The notes under the pieces were generated by a model, which worked only from the letters and a program-made list of their open reading frames with translations, was not told the origin of the DNA and made no database searches. From an uncultured Acidimicrobiia bacterium (GTDB lineage Bacteria; Actinomycetota; Acidimicrobiia; Spongiisociales; UBA5794), in NCBI GenBank assembly GCA_963821095.1, contig CAWGCJ010000023.1, forward strand, positions 42,967 through 106,966: DNA of 64,000 nucleotides. Reading direction: 5' to 3'. Every line of letters begins with the position of its first letter. Within the stretch, counting starts at the first letter, position 1. Made by a program: the position numbers and the translations under genes. This document shows positions 60,436 through 64,000 of the stretch, one piece after another.

Positions 60436-61679
60436 GTGACGAGAAGGCGAGTCGTCGTCACCGGGCTGGGGACCGTCAACCCCCTCGGCCGGTCGATCGA
60501 TGAGTTCTGGAAGAATGCCCAGGCCGGAGTATCCGGCGTTGGGCCGATCACCCTGTTCGATCCTGCCCCGTTCACCAGCCGCATTGCGGCCGAGGTGAAG
60601 GACTGGGACCCCGAGGTCTACATGCCGCGGCGCGAGGCGCGCCGGCTCGACCGCACGGCCAGTTCTTCGTGGTCGCGGTTGATCAGGCGCTGGCGGACGC
60701 CGGTATCGCCTACGAGGAGGACGACCCGGCGGCCACCAGGGCCGGGGTCGTCGTCGGCACCGGTATCGGCGGGATCATCACCACCCAGGACGAGGTCGAC
60801 ATGCTGCGTGAGCGTGGTCCCGACCGGATCTCGCCGCTCTCGATCACCAAGATCATCTCGAACATGTCCGGCGGAGTCGTGTCGATCCGGCACCACCTCT
60901 ACGGCCCCAACACCTGCACCGTGACGGCGTGTGCCGCGTCGGCCAACGCCATCGGGGACGCCGCCGAGATCATTCGCCGCAACGCGGCCGACGTCATGGT
61001 GGCCGGTGGCACCGAGGCCGGCATCGTCGAGTTCGCCCTCGCCGGCTTCTGCGCCTCACGCGCCGTGAGCACTCGCAACGACGACCCGCAAGGGGCGAGC
61101 CGGCCGTTCGACCTCGATCGCGACGGGTTCGTGATGGGCGAGGGGGCGGCGGCGTTGATTCTCGAGGAGCGGGACCACGCCATTGCCCGTGGGGCCACCA
61201 TCTACGGCGAGGTTCTCGGCTACGGCATGTCGGCCGACGGCTACCACATCACGCTGCCTCGACCCGGCGGCGCCGGTGCGGCCCGCGCCATGCAGGCCGC
61301 CCTCGACGACGCCGGGATGGCGCCGGCGGACATCGACTACATCAATGCCCACGGCACATCGACGCCGGCCAACGACGCCACCGAGACGGCGGCGATCAAG
61401 ACCGTCTTCGGTGACGAGGCCTATCGGGTGCCGATCTCGTCGACGAAGTCGATGACGGGTCACTTGCTCGGTGGCGCCGGAGCGCTCGAGGCACTGGCCT
61501 GCATCCTGGCGATTCGCGACGGCGTGGTGCCGCCGACGATCAACTACACCACCCCGGACCCCGAGTGCGATCTCGACTACGTGCCCAATGAGGCCCGCGA
61601 GGTCCCAGTTCGCACCACGATGACCAACTCGTTCGGTTTCGGCGGCCACAACGTCGCCCTGGTGATCGGCGCTCCGTAG
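60436..61679 (+). CDS. fabF: Beta-ketoacyl-ACP synthase II (frameshift ~60660)
   Basis: RRVVVTGLG; TACAAS, NAHGTST, GHLLG, NSFGFGGHN. Confidence 0.95.
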
Positions 61680-61680
61680 G

Positions 61681-62567
61681 TGTGACAATCGGGGACGTTG
61701 TCCCTGGCGGGATGGGGTGACTGATGGAGCCCTCCGAGCGAGACTGCGGGTTGAAAGACTCACGGCTCCCAAGGAGGGCTCATGACATACGCTAGATCAC
61801 AGCATCCGAACGCGCCGCTCACCCCGGAGGGTCGCCGCCGCATGGTCGAGTGTGATGTGGAACGCAAGTGGACGGTCACGGCCACGGCGGAACGGTTCCA
61901 GGTCGACGCCAAGACGGTGCGTAAGTGGCGGGACCGGTTCCTCACCGAGGGTGAATCGGGTTTGCGGGATTGGTCGTCGCGGCCGCGTCGGTCTCCGAAC
62001 CGGACCCCGCGGCATCTGCGTCGTCGGGTGATCCGGCTCCGTAAGAAGCGCCGCTGGGGGGCGGATCACATTGGGTATGAGATTGGTCTGGCTGCCTCAA
62101 CGGTGCAGAACATCTTGAACCGGGCCGGCATCGGCCGTCTCGATCGGGGAGACCGAGCCACCCGCAAGGTGAAACCTTGCCGGTATCAACGTGACCTGCC
62201 AGGCGAGTTGATCCACGTCGATATCAAGAAACTGGCCGGGATCCCCGACGGAGGCGGCTGGCGTCTCCACGGACGCGGCTACTCGGGTGAGAAGGCCACC
62301 ATTGCGGGACGAGCCGGGTACCGCTACATCCACACCGCCATCGATGACCGCACCCGATTGCCTACTCCGAGATCCTCAACGACGAGAAAGCCATCACCGC
62401 CGCTGGGTTCTGGACCCGCGCCGCAGCCTGGTACCAGTCGATCGGGATCAGCACGCAACGGGTCCTTACCGACAACGGCGGCTGCTACAAATCCGGGCTC
62501 TGGCACCGCGCCTGTGCCGCCACCGGCACCCGGCAAAAAGACCCGACCTCGCCGCCCCCAAACCAAC
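61681..62567 (+). mobile_element. Truncated IS481-family element (left end plus partial transposase from 61782)
   Basis: Left end TGTGACAATC...GACGTT; HPNAPLTPEGR, SSRPRRSP, PGELIHVDIKK, TDNG, RPQTN; breaks before the third catalytic residue; no right end seen. Confidence 0.88.
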
Positions 62568-62841
62568 GACGGCGAGAGAGATCCTCGATCAGGTCAGAGC
62601 TCTCGGGGTCGAGATGCGTTCCGGCCTCCACACCGGCGAGATAACGCTCGAAGGCACCGATATCGCAGGTATCGGTGTCCACATCGCCTCACGGGTGATG
62701 GATCACGCGCCGGACGGAGGGATCGCGGTCTCCAGCACGGTGAAGGATCTGACCGTCGGCTCGTCGTTCCGCTACGACCCCATCGGACCGTTCGAACTCA
62801 AAGGGGTTCCCGGCAAGTGGAATCTCTACGTCGTTCACTGA
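62568..62841 (+). pseudogene. C-terminal remnant of a class III adenylate/guanylate cyclase-domain gene
   Basis: EMRSGLHTGE...IAGIGVHIASRV...ELKGVPGKW*; no N-terminus, abuts the IS481 fragment. Confidence 0.85.
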
Positions 62842-62890
62842 TCGCCATCTCGCCATCAGTTGAGGAAGGCGCCGAGAGCCCCGGCATTCC

Positions 62891-64000
62891 CTACGGACTC
62901 TGCGTCCATTCGGCGATGACGGCGCTCTGGGCCGCGATGGACTCGTCGCTGAACAGCATCCCGTTGGGGGTACCCGAACAGCATGGATCGCGGAACGCTT
63001 GGGCGTAGACCTCGGGGTAATTGGTCGCCAGCCACTCCTCGTACTCGGCGAACTGTTCGAGCCAGGCCTCGTCCTGACCGGGTGATGCGCTCGAGGTCGA
63101 CTGCTCGCCGAGTTCGACGATCTGGCCATCGGCGATTCGGAAGGGCTGGTCGATCTCGACGGGTGGGATCCCGGCGCGGTCGCCGAACAAGTCGGTCTGA
63201 CGAAGGCTGCAGATCACCTTGGCGCCTGCTGCGAGACACTCGGCATCGAAGCTGGTGAGGATCATGGCACCAAAGGCGTTTTGGGCGACGATGATGTCGC
63301 TCAGCGTCACTACGCCGTCGTCGTCCCAGTCCCAAGATGCATCAAATCCGGCCTCAGGAGGAATCGGTTCGTTGAGGGGTAGGGACGATCCGTCCTCGAA
63401 GGTCATGACTGCGTCACTCGAGAAGAGGCTGGACAGGGCATCGAGGTCGCCGGTGGCGAACAGGCGGTAGAGCTCCTCGGCTACCGCAACATCGCTAGCA
63501 GTGGCCGGAATGGTGGATGTCGTTGAGCTTGTCGTTGTCGTGGTTGCTGGAGGCGGTGGTGACGGTTCCTCCGTGAACCGGAGGACGAGGAACCCGTGGG
63601 GTTCAATCGACTCAACGGGCGCGTAGTCAACAAATCCGCCGGCAGCCGTGATTTGTGGCGCGGTCGCCTCCGGCCCTACCACGGGAACGACTCCCTGCAT
63701 GCCGGCGAGGGGCCCAGACGGGAGCTGGAGTGAGAGATCGGTGGCGTAGTCGACGGCCGCGTTGAGGACGACGAGGACGTGGTCGTTTCCCTCCGAGCGC
63801 AGATAGGCGGCGAGACTCGGTGTGCCCGTCTCCACTTCGAGGAGGACTCCCCGCCGCAGGGCAACGCTGGCGGCGCGATCCTGGATCAGGGCGCGGTAGT
63901 GGGAGAGCAGCGAATCTGGATCGTCGATCTGATCGGCAACGTTGGCGGCGACGAAGCCGGGGTCGGCCGGTTGCCAGGGCACACCGGTGGTGAACCCAAC
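62891..64000 (-). CDS. 3' part of a GH13 alpha-amylase/glucosidase-family protein fused to an NTF2/SnoaL-like domain
   Basis: GFTTGVPW...NVADQIDDPDSLLSHYRALI...ALRRG, Pro/Thr linker, then VAEELYRLFATGDLDALSSLFSSDAV. Confidence 0.8.
   Translation of the reverse strand, partial: VGFTTGVPWQPADPGFVAANVADQIDDPDSLLSHYRALIQDRAASVALRRGVLLEVETGTPSLAAYLRSEGNDHVLVVLNAAVDYATDLSLQLPSGPLAGMQGVVPVVGPEATAPQITAAGGFVDYAPVESIEPHGFLVLRFTEEPSPPPPATTTTTSSTTSTIPATASDVAVAEELYRLFATGDLDALSSLFSSDAVMTFEDGSSLPLNEPIPPEAGFDASWDWDDDGVVTLSDIIVAQNAFGAMILTSFDAECLAAGAKVICSLRQTDLFGDRAGIPPVEIDQPFRIADGQIVELGEQSTSSASPGQDEAWLEQFAEYEEWLATNYPEVYAQAFRDPCCSGTPNGMLFSDESIAAQSAVIAEWTQSP

Noticed and set aside
15262-61679. Frameshifts in the alkA-like gene, kynU, mat, pntA, the NYN gene, fabH and fabF as pseudogenes or programmed frameshifts
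   Set aside because: They are isolated single-base indels, hit probably essential genes, come without in-frame stops and lack slippery sites; consensus sequencing error is the simplest explanation. Needs read-level confirmation.
1-64000. CRISPR arrays, tRNA/rRNA genes, prophage or defence genes; long antisense ORFs in the track
   Set aside because: None recognised. Long antisense and alternate-frame ORFs are expected by-products of high-GC codon usage.

Overview
High-GC bacterial chromosomal segment. Gene content and signals (F420 LLM oxidoreductase, Rv2191-like nuclease, Cdc48-like ATPase, TCGAAC-N4-GTTCGA SOS box, many leaderless genes, Thr-rich lipoproteins) point to Actinomycetota, probably Acidimicrobiia (inference). 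Mostly housekeeping: osmoprotectant ABC transporter, kynU, archaeal-type SAM synthetase, pntAB, gnd, ilvBN-leuAB, queG, phosphoesterase-SRPBCC-ArsA-ROK cluster, glgP and fabD-H-G-acpP-F. There is one intact IS3-family element and one truncated IS481 fused to a cyclase remnant. Many single-base frameshifts, including in fabH, fabF and pntA, look like consensus errors. The most interesting signals are non-coding and absent from the ORF track: (1) a yybP-ykoY (Mn2+) riboswitch leading two tandem DksA/TraR-type zinc-finger genes, divergent from an ATA-start winged-helix regulator, with a 20-bp operator-like site repeated at both promoters; (2) a Leu-Leu-Leu leader peptide translationally coupled to the ilvN stop codon in front of leuA; (3) back-to-back ECF-type promoters, one reading into a sigma/anti-sigma pair and the other into a structured ~150-nt candidate sRNA. 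Two apparent pseudoenzymes (an M1 peptidase without zinc ligands and a Cys-free DsbA/Rv2466c-like protein) also stand out. All calls were made by eye; no database searches were run.
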